From positions 32,001 through 96,000 of the forward strand of contig JAZDNO010000026.1 of the NCBI GenBank assembly GCA_043799545.1: a DNA stretch of 64,000 nt, in the 5' to 3' direction. The stretch's first letter is position 1. Each line of letters begins with the position of its first letter. Shown here piece by piece: positions 1 through 8,375 of this stretch. The notes under the pieces are model-generated. The model ran no database searches and was not told where the DNA came from. It worked only from the letters and a program-made list of their open reading frames with translations. The position numbers and the translations under genes are program-made. The DNA comes from Methanobacteriota archaeon. Lineage in GTDB: Archaea > Thermoplasmatota > Thermoplasmata > SG8-5 > DAIRED01.

Positions 1-1
1 C

Positions 2-817
2 CCGTCGTGCAGGTCTCCCAACAAAGCGGCCTCGAAGAAGTGCGGGGTCTGCGGCGCTCAGATTTCGACCGTGAGGAAGAACGTCGACCTCGAGCAAATC
101 CAGGGCCGTGTGAACGAGACGATTAAAGAGGTCCTGGGAGACTTCGCGGAATCCGAGGATTTCGGGGCGCTCCCAAGCGATATGAAGGAAGAGATCGCCG
201 CCGTCCTTTCTTCCGAGAGGGAAATAACTGAGGAGGAGGTAAAGGACGTCGCCAAGACGCTGACATCACTACCCGAGGACATGACTCAGATTGTCGATGA
301 CATCGCGCTGGGGGAGGACGATTTCGGGGAGGGGAAGGGTGAGGAAGACGGAGGTGGTGAGGGCGAATCGTCCCCGGTAGAGAAAAGCTCTCGGCAACTC
401 AAGAAGAAGCAGATTCTGATGGCGAGGCTCGAACGGTGGAAGAAGATGGGCTACGACGTCTCCGAACTGGAGCCACTCGTCGACGGTGACTTCGAGACCT
501 TCAAAACAAAGGCGAAGGATATACTGTCCAGCAAGCTGAACAAGGCTGCCGCGAAAGGCACCGCCAAGCCTCCCTCCGAGAAGGCGGGCGATTCTAAGAA
601 ACAGGCTCCGCCAGCCTCCCAGAAAACCGACGGCGGAAAGGCCCCAGGAAAGAGGGGCGCCACGCCGGAGGAGCGCGCAAAGTTCCTGAGGCAAATCGGA
701 GTCTGGAAGGAAAGGGGCTTCGACGTCGCAGGTCTGGCCGAGCTTCTCGAAACGGACATGGCGGAGTTTAAGAAGAGGAGCATGGCGATGTTGAAAGCGC
801 AGATGAGCAAGAAGTAG
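2..817 (+). CDS. 5'-truncated hypothetical protein with zinc-ribbon remnant and two copies of a WKxxG(Y/F)DVxxL motif
   Basis: Frame is open from position 2 (PSCRSPNKAASKKCGVCGAQI, zinc-ribbon-like cysteines), so the gene starts upstream of the window. Internal repeats RWKKMGYDVSELEPL and VWKERGFDVAGLAEL. Confidence 0.75.
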   Translation, partial: PSCRSPNKAASKKCGVCGAQISTVRKNVDLEQIQGRVNETIKEVLGDFAESEDFGALPSDMKEEIAAVLSSEREITEEEVKDVAKTLTSLPEDMTQIVDDIALGEDDFGEGKGEEDGGGEGESSPVEKSSRQLKKKQILMARLERWKKMGYDVSELEPLVDGDFETFKTKAKDILSSKLNKAAAKGTAKPPSEKAGDSKKQAPPASQKTDGGKAPGKRGATPEERAKFLRQIGVWKERGFDVAGLAELLETDMAEFKKRSMAMLKAQMSKK

Positions 818-834
818 CCATATTGGTGCGGGCA

Positions 835-1827
835 ATGATCACCGTCAAAAACGTCACAAAAAGATACCGGAAGAACGCCAAGAGCAGCTCGTGGAAGACA
901 AGGGTCAAACAGATGTTCAGCGACAAGAAACGCGAATCCATGACTGCGCTGAACAACGTCGATTTCCAGGCGAACGGCGGAGAGATAATCGGAATCCTCG
1001 GGCCGAACGGCGCGGGAAAGACCACGCTTTTAAAAATAATCGCGGGGTTGCTTGTGCCAGAGGTCGGCCAAGGCGAGGTCAACGGATTCGACATCGTCAA
1101 GGACAGGGAAAAGGTGAGGACGTCGGTGAACTTCCTCATGAGCGGCGGCTGGGTCATCTTCGATTACAAATTCTCCGTGCGGGACAATCTTAGGTTTTGG
1201 GGGGTCTACCAGGGGTTGAGCCTGAAGGACGTCGACCAGAGGGTGGCGGAGGTTTTAAAGGTTGTCGAGCTGGAGGAGAAGAAAGACGAATTCCCCGAAA
1301 ACATTTCCGCCGGGATGAGGCAGAGGATGAACCTTGCCAGATGCCTGCTCGTCGACCGCCCGGTGTATCTGCTGGACGAGCCGACGGCCAACCTGGACCC
1401 CTACTCGGCCGAATTCATTAGGAAGTTCGTGAAGGAGAAGCTCCGAACGGACAATAAGACAATCGTCCTCGCGACCCACAACCTCTGGGAGGCCGAGCTG
1501 CTGTGCGACAGAATCGTCATCCTTAACAAGGGCGAGGTTCTGCTCGCGGACAAAACGGAGGAGATAAAAAGAAAGATCGGCAAGGAGGTGGCCATCATCG
1601 AGATCGAAAGTGAGGACGCGGAACTGCTGAAAACTTTCCGGGGGCTGGATTTCGTGGACAGCGCCACGCTGGAGGGAAACCGCCTGCGAATATTCGGCGA
1701 CGTTAAGAGAAACCTCCCCCGCATCATCGACATCTGCCGGGAGCGCACGACCGTCACAAGCGTGAACGTCCAGGAGCTCTCGCTGAACGACATATTCATC
1801 CAGCTGGTGAGCAGGGGTGAAACATGA
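835..1827 (+). CDS. ABC transporter ATP-binding subunit (DrrA/ABC-2 exporter type)
   Basis: Walker A GPNGAGKTT, signature ISAGMRQR, Walker B YLLDEPT, H-loop ATHNL; C-terminal extension typical of the DrrA family. ATG 835 preferred to GTG 823. Confidence 0.95.
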   Translation: MITVKNVTKRYRKNAKSSSWKTRVKQMFSDKKRESMTALNNVDFQANGGEIIGILGPNGAGKTTLLKIIAGLLVPEVGQGEVNGFDIVKDREKVRTSVNFLMSGGWVIFDYKFSVRDNLRFWGVYQGLSLKDVDQRVAEVLKVVELEEKKDEFPENISAGMRQRMNLARCLLVDRPVYLLDEPTANLDPYSAEFIRKFVKEKLRTDNKTIVLATHNLWEAELLCDRIVILNKGEVLLADKTEEIKRKIGKEVAIIEIESEDAELLKTFRGLDFVDSATLEGNRLRIFGDVKRNLPRIIDICRERTTVTSVNVQELSLNDIFIQLVSRGET

Positions 1828-2681
1828 TAAAGCACAGCCTCTCGCTCTCGGAAAAGCTCGAAGTAGTATATATTTCGATGTGGAGGTACGGGAAGTTAAT
1901 GACCAGATTTAAAACGAGCTTCTTCTTTTCCATAGTCGCCATGTTCGTCTCGATTACGACATTCTACTACTTCGGACAGGTGTTCGGGGACGCCACTGCC
2001 GTGGCCGTTGAAGACTACGGTGGCAACTACTTTTCCTATGTGCTCATCGGACTCGCGTTCAATCAGTTCGCTGTCACTAGCCTCAGCACCTATCTCGCGA
2101 CCGTACAAAATATATATTGGTCCAACTGGCTCGAGCTGATACTGACAGCCCCCATGCGCCTCAAGACATATTTCGTCGCTGCGATGTCCTGGGCTTACAC
2201 GTACTCGACTATCCTCATCGCCTTTTACTTCATCATCGGGGTCGGGATATTCGGGGCCGCGATTGCATTCCCCCCAGGCTGGTACGTCATCATACTCATC
2301 CTGTTCTTGACTGTCCTAAGCATCTCGGGCATCGGTTTGATGGCCGCAAGCACTTTCATGCTGTTGAACGCGAAAGGCCAGGTGGAGCCCATCAGCTGGT
2401 TCGTGGGCACGGTTTCCGCCCTTGTCTGCGGGGTCTATTATCCGCCCGAATTGCTGCCCCCGTCCATCCATGCCATCTCATACATCTTCCCGCACACGTA
2501 TGCCCTCGAGGGGCTGCGAGAGATACTCCTGAACGGGAAAGGCCTCATGGACCCGTCCATCCAAATGATAATCCTGATATTGGCAATATTCTCCATGATA
2601 CTCCTGCCGCTGGGAATGGCGATGTTCAAGTCAGGAATTAAAAAGGCTGAGAAGGATGGAACCCTGGCAAGATGGGTTTGA
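1824..2681 (+). CDS. ABC-2 type exporter permease
   Basis: About six hydrophobic segments, GVYYPPELLP and FPHTYALEGLR motifs of ABC-2 permeases; 4-nt overlap with the ATPase. Confidence 0.92.
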   Translation: MIKHSLSLSEKLEVVYISMWRYGKLMTRFKTSFFFSIVAMFVSITTFYYFGQVFGDATAVAVEDYGGNYFSYVLIGLAFNQFAVTSLSTYLATVQNIYWSNWLELILTAPMRLKTYFVAAMSWAYTYSTILIAFYFIIGVGIFGAAIAFPPGWYVIILILFLTVLSISGIGLMAASTFMLLNAKGQVEPISWFVGTVSALVCGVYYPPELLPPSIHAISYIFPHTYALEGLREILLNGKGLMDPSIQMIILILAIFSMILLPLGMAMFKSGIKKAEKDGTLARWV

Positions 2682-2790
2682 TTCTGCGATCCAGCCCCCG
2701 CGCGATTTCATCGAATTCGCGAGCGGTTGTGCGGCGCGGAATGCAAATCAATTGATGTATTGGGTCACAACAATGTTAATCTATGTGATT

Positions 2791-2806
2791 CCAAAAAATA
2801 TAAATA
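2791..2806 (+). promoter_or_regulatory. BRE/TATA promoter of the putative RiPP precursor
   Basis: CCAAAAAATATAAATA: A-rich BRE-like tract then TATAAATA, flanked by the inverted repeat AATGTTA (2772-2778) / TAACATT (2814-2820). Confidence 0.7.
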
Positions 2807-2879
2807 TGAGATGTAACATTCACGATTCACCCTGACATGCAAAAGCATGTGTGTGGTAACCAAGAAAGGGAGGTTAAAA

Positions 2880-3017
2880 ATGCCAGGAGACGGAAATGGA
2901 TTCGACCCCATCGACCCGGGCCAGGGATACAAGCACAGGCACGGACACGAAGCAACCGGATGCGGATGCGTAGAGGTTGGTTCCATATACGCAGTATTCG
3001 ACCCACAGCCGGTTTAA
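2880..3017 (+). CDS. Putative RiPP precursor peptide, 45 aa: MPGDGNGFDPIDPGQGYKHRHGHEATGCGCVEVGSIYAVFDPQPV
   Basis: Hand-translated ATG 2880 to TAA 3017. Strong Shine-Dalgarno GGGAGGT (2868-2874) 5 nt upstream, own TATA box, and position directly upstream of an RRE-radical SAM gene. Confidence 0.85.
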   Translation: MPGDGNGFDPIDPGQGYKHRHGHEATGCGCVEVGSIYAVFDPQPV

Positions 3018-3030
3018 TCGATTTAAACCG
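3010..3030 (+). terminator. Stem-loop overlapping the precursor stop codon (stabiliser or attenuator)
   Basis: Perfect 8-bp stem CGGTTTAA / TTAAACCG with a 5-nt loop TCGAT. Function is inferred. Confidence 0.5.
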
Positions 3031-3141
3031 ACGGAGAAAAACTCTTCCAATCTTTCTATAATTATTAATAACTGATAATAATAGGGAGCAGCGCGGGCTG
3101 CCAGAGGTGGTTTCACGGAAAAACCGAAACTCGCAAAGGCT

Positions 3142-4491
3142 GTGGTCGTCAAGAAGAAGAACGGAAAGAGCGCGTTCATTCACCCCGACATTCCCAAATG
3201 GCTCGCTTTCCGCGCCGAGGGGGCCCGGACCCTGGAGCTGTGCGACGGAACGCGGAGCGAGCGGGACATCATCGAGACAATTTCGAGGGAATTCAACGAG
3301 CCCATGGAGTATGTGGGGAAGGGAGTCGCCGGCCTACTTAGCCACTGCGAGAAGCAGGGATTCTTCCAGGATGTCACCCCGAAGAGACCGGACGCCCTGC
3401 CAGTGGAGATGAAGATACTCTACCTGAACATCACCCGGGAGTGCAACCTGAGGTGCACCTATTGCTATGCGAGCGCGGGCGCCCAGCGGGAAAAAGAGCT
3501 GACTCTGGAGGAGATAAAGAAGCTCCTGAGCGAGTTCCACGCCCTTGGAAAAGGGACGCGGCAGAACGTCATAATAACTGGCGGGGAGCCGCTGCTGAGG
3601 AAAGACTTCTGGCAGATTGCCGAATATGCGAGGTCGCTGGGGCTCGTCCTTGTGCTTTCCTCAAACGGACTCCTCATCGACAGGGAGACTGCAAGGAAAT
3701 TGGGTAAGCTCTTCGGCGGCGTGCAGATCAGCCTCGACGGCGACAGGGAGATGCACGACAAATGCCGGGGCAAGGGGTCCTTCGACGGGGCGACGAGGGG
3801 CATAGAAAACCTGGTCGAAGCCGGCATCACGCCGTCGATATCTGCCACTGTGACAAAAGAGAACTTCAAAAAGCTGGACAACCTGTGGGACGTGTGCGAC
3901 AAGTACAAAATAAAGCACGTGAAGACCAACCCCATCATCCCCCTAGGCCGGGCGGAGAGCGACAGAGACGAGATAATGCTGTCGAGGGACGAATACATAG
4001 AGCTCTGGAGGGCGACCAAGCAGCAGCTCAAGAAGCGCCGCCTGGAGGTCACGATAGATAACGAGCGGTCCATTTTCTCGGGAGGCACGTCGTTCAAGGG
4101 CACGGGCAACTCTTGCGGAGCCGGCCGGACGTCCATCAGCTTCGAATCCAACGGGGACGCCTATCCGTGCCAGGCATCGCATCTCCCGCAGTTCCTCTGC
4201 GGTAACATAAGGGAGAAATCTCTGGAAGAGATCGTGACGGGGGCGGAAGTTCTGAAGGACTGGATGGGCCGCTCAATCAACGACATTCCGGGATGCAGCT
4301 CCTGCGAATGGAAGATGTACTGCGGCGGCGGCTGCTTCCTGCAGGCGGCTCTGGGCCACGGGACCGTGCACGCGCCGGATGTCTATTGCGACGTTTACAA
4401 GTTCGAATACGAGGAGACGTTTTGGGAATTTGTGGACAAAAGGGAAAAAGAACAGGAGGAATCAAATGACGGGCAAGCAGCCAAAGTTTGA
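3142..4491 (+). CDS. RRE (PqqD-like)-fused radical SAM/SPASM peptide maturase
   Basis: N-terminal PqqD-like segment (EGARTLELCDGTRSERDIIETISREF); CNLRCTYC radical SAM motif; TGGEPLL; SPASM CX12GX4C then CX2CX5CX3CX17C. True start may be the in-frame ACG at 3115. Confidence 0.93.
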   Translation: MVVKKKNGKSAFIHPDIPKWLAFRAEGARTLELCDGTRSERDIIETISREFNEPMEYVGKGVAGLLSHCEKQGFFQDVTPKRPDALPVEMKILYLNITRECNLRCTYCYASAGAQREKELTLEEIKKLLSEFHALGKGTRQNVIITGGEPLLRKDFWQIAEYARSLGLVLVLSSNGLLIDRETARKLGKLFGGVQISLDGDREMHDKCRGKGSFDGATRGIENLVEAGITPSISATVTKENFKKLDNLWDVCDKYKIKHVKTNPIIPLGRAESDRDEIMLSRDEYIELWRATKQQLKKRRLEVTIDNERSIFSGGTSFKGTGNSCGAGRTSISFESNGDAYPCQASHLPQFLCGNIREKSLEEIVTGAEVLKDWMGRSINDIPGCSSCEWKMYCGGGCFLQAALGHGTVHAPDVYCDVYKFEYEETFWEFVDKREKEQEESNDGQAAKV

Positions 4492-5602
4492 AATCAAGAG
4501 CGGGCGAATTTACTACGAGAACATACCGCCGGGAACGCCTATGTCCCAGCTGATGACGGGATTTTTCAAGGACAAAATAGAGAACGAGGGGATGGGTCCG
4601 CTGATGGCGCAGTGGATAGCGACCAGCAAATGCAATTTCAGGTGCCCGCATTGCGGCACCGCGGCCTCTGAGGCAAAGCCCGACGAGCTGAGCTGGGCCC
4701 AAATCAAACCGGTCATAGAGGATTTGGCAAGCATGGGATGCAAGACTTTCACGATGACCGGGGGGGAGCCGATACTGCGACCGGATTTCTGGAAGATCGT
4801 GGACCACGCCCACGCCAACGGGATGAAGACCGGATTCGTGACGAACGCCTGGGCCATAAAGGATTTCGAGGACGAGCTGAGGCGAGCCAAGATAGAGACC
4901 ATCCTGGTCAGCATCGACGGCTACAGAGAGAACCATGACAAAATCCGCGGGATGCCCGGCTCGTACAAGAAGTGCCTCGAGGCCATCCGGTTCCTGAAGG
5001 ACATCGGCACCCCCGTGGTGGGCGTGTCGACGGTCTACATGAAGGACAACGTCGATTTCCTGCCGCAAATCGTGGACGAGGCGGCCAAAGCCGGCGCGGA
5101 CAGGCATCGCCTCCAGGCCATCGTGCCGGAGGGGCGCTCGAAGGGCAAGGGTAACAGCCGGGAGGAGATAAAAAAGGCCATAAAATTCGTCTACGACGCC
5201 AGGAAGCGAGGGGTCAACATCGAGGTGTGCGAGGCGCACGGATGGCTCGGGCCGCTTGACGGCATCCTGAGGGCCAACTTCTACTGCGGCATCGGCCTGA
5301 ACACGCTGTGCATAATGCAGAACGGCGACGTCATGGGCTGCTCCCTCATGGACTACCCGGACAAGACAGAGGGGAACGTGAAGGACAAAAGCATCAAGGA
5401 CATATGGTTCAACGGTTTCAAGATGTACAGGCAGCCTACGCTCCCGGACCTCCCCAAGGAATGCACCGACTGCAAGCAGCTCATCGAGTGCAGGGGCGGA
5501 TGCTGGCTCCACCGCATGAACAACAACTTCTGCTTCCTCCCCATGGCCGTGGAGGTCGCGCGAGAATCTGGGGATTTCCCCAATCTCGACGAGAAGTACT
5601 GA
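4466..5602 (+). CDS. Radical SAM/SPASM protein without RRE (second maturase)
   Basis: CNFRCPHC motif, TGGEPILR, SPASM CX12GX4C then CX2CX5CX3CX9C. ATG 4466 follows SD GGAGGA and overlaps the upstream gene end. Confidence 0.93.
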   Translation: MTGKQPKFEIKSGRIYYENIPPGTPMSQLMTGFFKDKIENEGMGPLMAQWIATSKCNFRCPHCGTAASEAKPDELSWAQIKPVIEDLASMGCKTFTMTGGEPILRPDFWKIVDHAHANGMKTGFVTNAWAIKDFEDELRRAKIETILVSIDGYRENHDKIRGMPGSYKKCLEAIRFLKDIGTPVVGVSTVYMKDNVDFLPQIVDEAAKAGADRHRLQAIVPEGRSKGKGNSREEIKKAIKFVYDARKRGVNIEVCEAHGWLGPLDGILRANFYCGIGLNTLCIMQNGDVMGCSLMDYPDKTEGNVKDKSIKDIWFNGFKMYRQPTLPDLPKECTDCKQLIECRGGCWLHRMNNNFCFLPMAVEVARESGDFPNLDEKY

Positions 5603-5672
5603 CGCTCGCAGCTTGATGGCGCGGAAGGCGGCAGCGGGGCGCGCAGCCCGCGGGTCCAATCTATGCCTCCGC

Positions 5673-6935
5673 CTAGCACATCAGGAAGAGCCAGTAAATC
5701 GCCACTTGGGCGAGGGTGAGGGGGATGCCGACCTTTGCGAACTCCATGAACGTCAGGGTCTGGTTCCCTTTCCTCTCTGCATTCTGGATGATTATCACAT
5801 TGCTGGCGGCTCCGAGGATGAGCAGGTTGCCGGCGATGGTGCTCCCCGCAGCGAGGGCCATGAACCCCCTGTCTCCCGTGCCAGCTGCCACGAGCATCGG
5901 AATGTAAAGAGCCACGAGCGGGACGTTTGATATCACCTGGCTGAGCAGGACGGAGATGATGATAATCATCGCAATTCCAGACATGTCTATGCCCCATTCC
6001 CCGATGAGCCCTTGGAAGAAGCCCGAATTCCAAACGGCGGCCATCAAGACGAACATCGCGGCGAAGAAGACCAGCGTGGACCAGTCGACTCCCTTCATTA
6101 TCCCGACGCGTTTCGGGCTGAGTGCGAGGATTGGCAGCGCAGCCGCAAGCGCGACATAAGTTAGGCGCATCTCGGTGTTCAGTCCTGCGATGGCCATGGA
6201 GATTTTCAAAGCCACCAGCGCCAGTATCATCACGAGGGAGGCTTTGGCGAGCATCGCGAGCTTCGGGTCGCGCAGCGGAACGTCCTCGTGGACCAGCGGC
6301 CTGCCGTGGAACTCTTTTCCGAAGAAGATCCTCAACGCGAGGTATGCTAGCAGGAGGTTGAGCACCGTGGGGACCAGCAGATTCCTCGCGAAGGTGGCGA
6401 ACGGGTTCTCCATCCCCCCGCCGATGGCGATGAGAAGGTTCTGTGGGTTTCCGATTGGGCTGGCCACGCTTCCGACTGTAATCGAGAAGGCGAGCACGAG
6501 CAGCATCAGCTTTGGGGACATCTCGTGCCGCTTCGACATCGCCAGCACGACCGGCGTGCCTATGATTGCAAGCGTGTCGTTCATGAGGAGCGCGGACGCC
6601 GAACCGAACCCAAACATCATAAGTAAGACGAGCTGGTCCGTTGTGCGGGCGCGTCTGAAAAGCCTGTACGACAGATGCTCCAGGTAACCGCTCCGCTCCA
6701 GCGCCTCCCCCACAACGAACATCCCGAAGAGGAATATCATCACGTCGGGGTTTATGGCCTTAATGGCTTCGACGGGTGATATCTGGAGCGTCGCCACGAC
6801 CGCCACCGCGCCACCGAGCATCACCTGCCATATCTGAAGGCGGAAACGCCCGACCTGCCTCACCGCTATGAGCACAAAGACGGCGAGCAGGATGAAGATG
6901 GTGAGGGGCGGCACGGCATCAAGGAAATCCGGCAA
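5673..6935 (-). CDS. ArsB/NhaD/SLC13-family anion permease
   Basis: Polytopic membrane protein with SALLMNDT, ASPIGNPQNLLI, ISNVP and AGSTIAGNLLILGAASNVII motifs. Confidence 0.9.
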   Translation of the reverse strand: MPDFLDAVPPLTIFILLAVFVLIAVRQVGRFRLQIWQVMLGGAVAVVATLQISPVEAIKAINPDVMIFLFGMFVVGEALERSGYLEHLSYRLFRRARTTDQLVLLMMFGFGSASALLMNDTLAIIGTPVVLAMSKRHEMSPKLMLLVLAFSITVGSVASPIGNPQNLLIAIGGGMENPFATFARNLLVPTVLNLLLAYLALRIFFGKEFHGRPLVHEDVPLRDPKLAMLAKASLVMILALVALKISMAIAGLNTEMRLTYVALAAALPILALSPKRVGIMKGVDWSTLVFFAAMFVLMAAVWNSGFFQGLIGEWGIDMSGIAMIIIISVLLSQVISNVPLVALYIPMLVAAGTGDRGFMALAAGSTIAGNLLILGAASNVIIIQNAERKGNQTLTFMEFAKVGIPLTLAQVAIYWLFLMC

Positions 6936-7022
6936 GCAGATATAATATTAATGAAGCCGGCTCGCGCGGAAGGCCGACCCAACCTTTAAATCCCATCTAT
7001 GCGATGCTCGTTTTGGGATAAT

Positions 7023-7721
7023 ATGAAGGAACGCATCAAGACATACGTCATGGACCTGGACGAGCAGATAGGCGGAGGGGTGCCGAAGGGCCACGTCGTG
7101 CTGGTCTCCGGGATGCCTGGAACTATGAAATCGTCAGTCGCTTACAACGTTCTATACTACAACGCGCGCGAGCTAGGTACGCGAGGGCTCTATGTCTCGC
7201 TCGAGCAGGGACGCGACAGCATCGTGGAGCAGATGGCCGGGCTCGGCATGGCGCACGGGGAGGTCGAGGAGCTTGTGAACATCGTGGACCTCGGGTACCT
7301 GCGCATGAACACGGACCAGGGAAAGATGAGCCACGACTGGCTTGAGGTTTTTAGGCTGTATGTCCAAAACCTCCGCGCTGCGACGAAGTACGAACTGCTG
7401 GTGGTCGATTCGCTCCCGGTGCTGGAGATTCTTTCCAAGCCCGACGACCGCCGCGTGAGGCTCTTCGAGCTTTTCGGCTGGCTGCGCGAGCTGGGGATAA
7501 CCACGTTCATCATCTCCGAGTCGGCGAAGCGCGACGACGTCGTGCACGAGGAGGACTTCCTCGCGGACGGCATCATCCTTCTCAGGAAGGAGATAGTCGG
7601 CAACGACGTCCAGCGCCAGATAATCGTTGACAAGATGCGCGGCGCGAAGCACGCCATGGGCGCCTACTCGCTGATGCACGACGGGGAGAACTTCAGGATA
7701 ACGAAGGTCATAAACGGCTGA
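7023..7721 (+). CDS. KaiC/RAD55-like ATPase, single domain
   Basis: Walker A GMPGTMKS, LYVSLEQ, Walker B LLVVDSL, ADGIILL and KMRG motifs. Confidence 0.9.
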   Translation: MKERIKTYVMDLDEQIGGGVPKGHVVLVSGMPGTMKSSVAYNVLYYNARELGTRGLYVSLEQGRDSIVEQMAGLGMAHGEVEELVNIVDLGYLRMNTDQGKMSHDWLEVFRLYVQNLRAATKYELLVVDSLPVLEILSKPDDRRVRLFELFGWLRELGITTFIISESAKRDDVVHEEDFLADGIILLRKEIVGNDVQRQIIVDKMRGAKHAMGAYSLMHDGENFRITKVING

Positions 7722-7792
7722 ACCGTGGTGGCAGCCTCACCGTTCAATCCTCGCCGTCCTCGCCGCACGTTCAACTAGCTTTCGGGAAATCT

Positions 7793-7804
7793 ATGAGAAC
7801 TCTC
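7793..7804 (+). promoter_or_regulatory. Operator-like 12-mer ATGAGAACTCTC upstream of TATA
   Basis: Identical copy at 11027-11038; about 19 nt upstream of TTTAACTA (7813). Confidence 0.5.
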
Positions 7805-7877
7805 AGGTAATCTTTAACTAGTCTTACTTACAAAGTAACTTTTCAAGCGTTGCGCAAGCAACGCCGGAGGCTGAAAA

Positions 7878-8375
7878 ATGAGACGATTGGCAACAATAGC
7901 GGTAGCGCTGGCCTTCGTCGCCCTTATCTTTCAGGGCGGCGGAGCTCGAGCGTGCGGTGTGAACGTCGTGGACGCGACAATCAGCGCCACCATCTCGGGG
8001 GGAAACGCGTCGTTCGTAGTGACTTACCCTCCGGAGACGGAGGTCGCGGGGACGATACGCCTAGCTCCCAGACCGCTGGTCTTCACGGAAAACGAGGAAA
8101 CGGGATGCTGGGAGACCGGGGACGTGAGCGCTCGACTGATAATATCCGGAGGCAACTCGGAGATGGCAACATTGATACCTGCGGGACACGGACCGCACGC
8201 GCATGAGACCGTGCTGAGGCTCGGCGGGCCGCTCAAGTTCGTATGCGACCCACTGACGCCCGGCACGGTTTCTCTCGGACCGCTGCCGCTGATGGAACCG
8301 GACATCCAGGACACGTTCGGCAACGGCAGCCCGACGATAATCCTGATGGAACCGGACATCGAAGACCCATACTAA
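7878..8375 (+). CDS. Secreted hypothetical protein with duplicated C-terminal LMEPDI(Q/E)D motif
   Basis: Signal peptide MRRLATIAVALAFVALIFQGGGARA; DNA repeat ctgatggaaccggacatc occurs twice near the 3' end. Confidence 0.7.
   Translation: MRRLATIAVALAFVALIFQGGGARACGVNVVDATISATISGGNASFVVTYPPETEVAGTIRLAPRPLVFTENEETGCWETGDVSARLIISGGNSEMATLIPAGHGPHAHETVLRLGGPLKFVCDPLTPGTVSLGPLPLMEPDIQDTFGNGSPTIILMEPDIEDPY

Noticed and set aside
2880-3017. Assignment to PqqA, mycofactocin MftA or SCIFF
   Set aside because: It lacks ExxxY, the C-terminal IDGxCGVY and the six-Cys pattern, and no pqq or mft partner genes are present.
2837-3061. 74-aa Arg-rich ORF from the track as the RiPP precursor
   Set aside because: No SD before its ATG. 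It is the alternative frame of the SD-supported 2880-3017 ORF, and its composition is typical of an off-frame read.
4277-5659. Long antisense ORFs (also 18105-19268, 29021-29935, 31968-32981, 40477-41391, 51071-52042 and others)
   Set aside because: Shadow ORFs opposite well-supported genes, as expected in high-GC DNA; no recognisable motifs.
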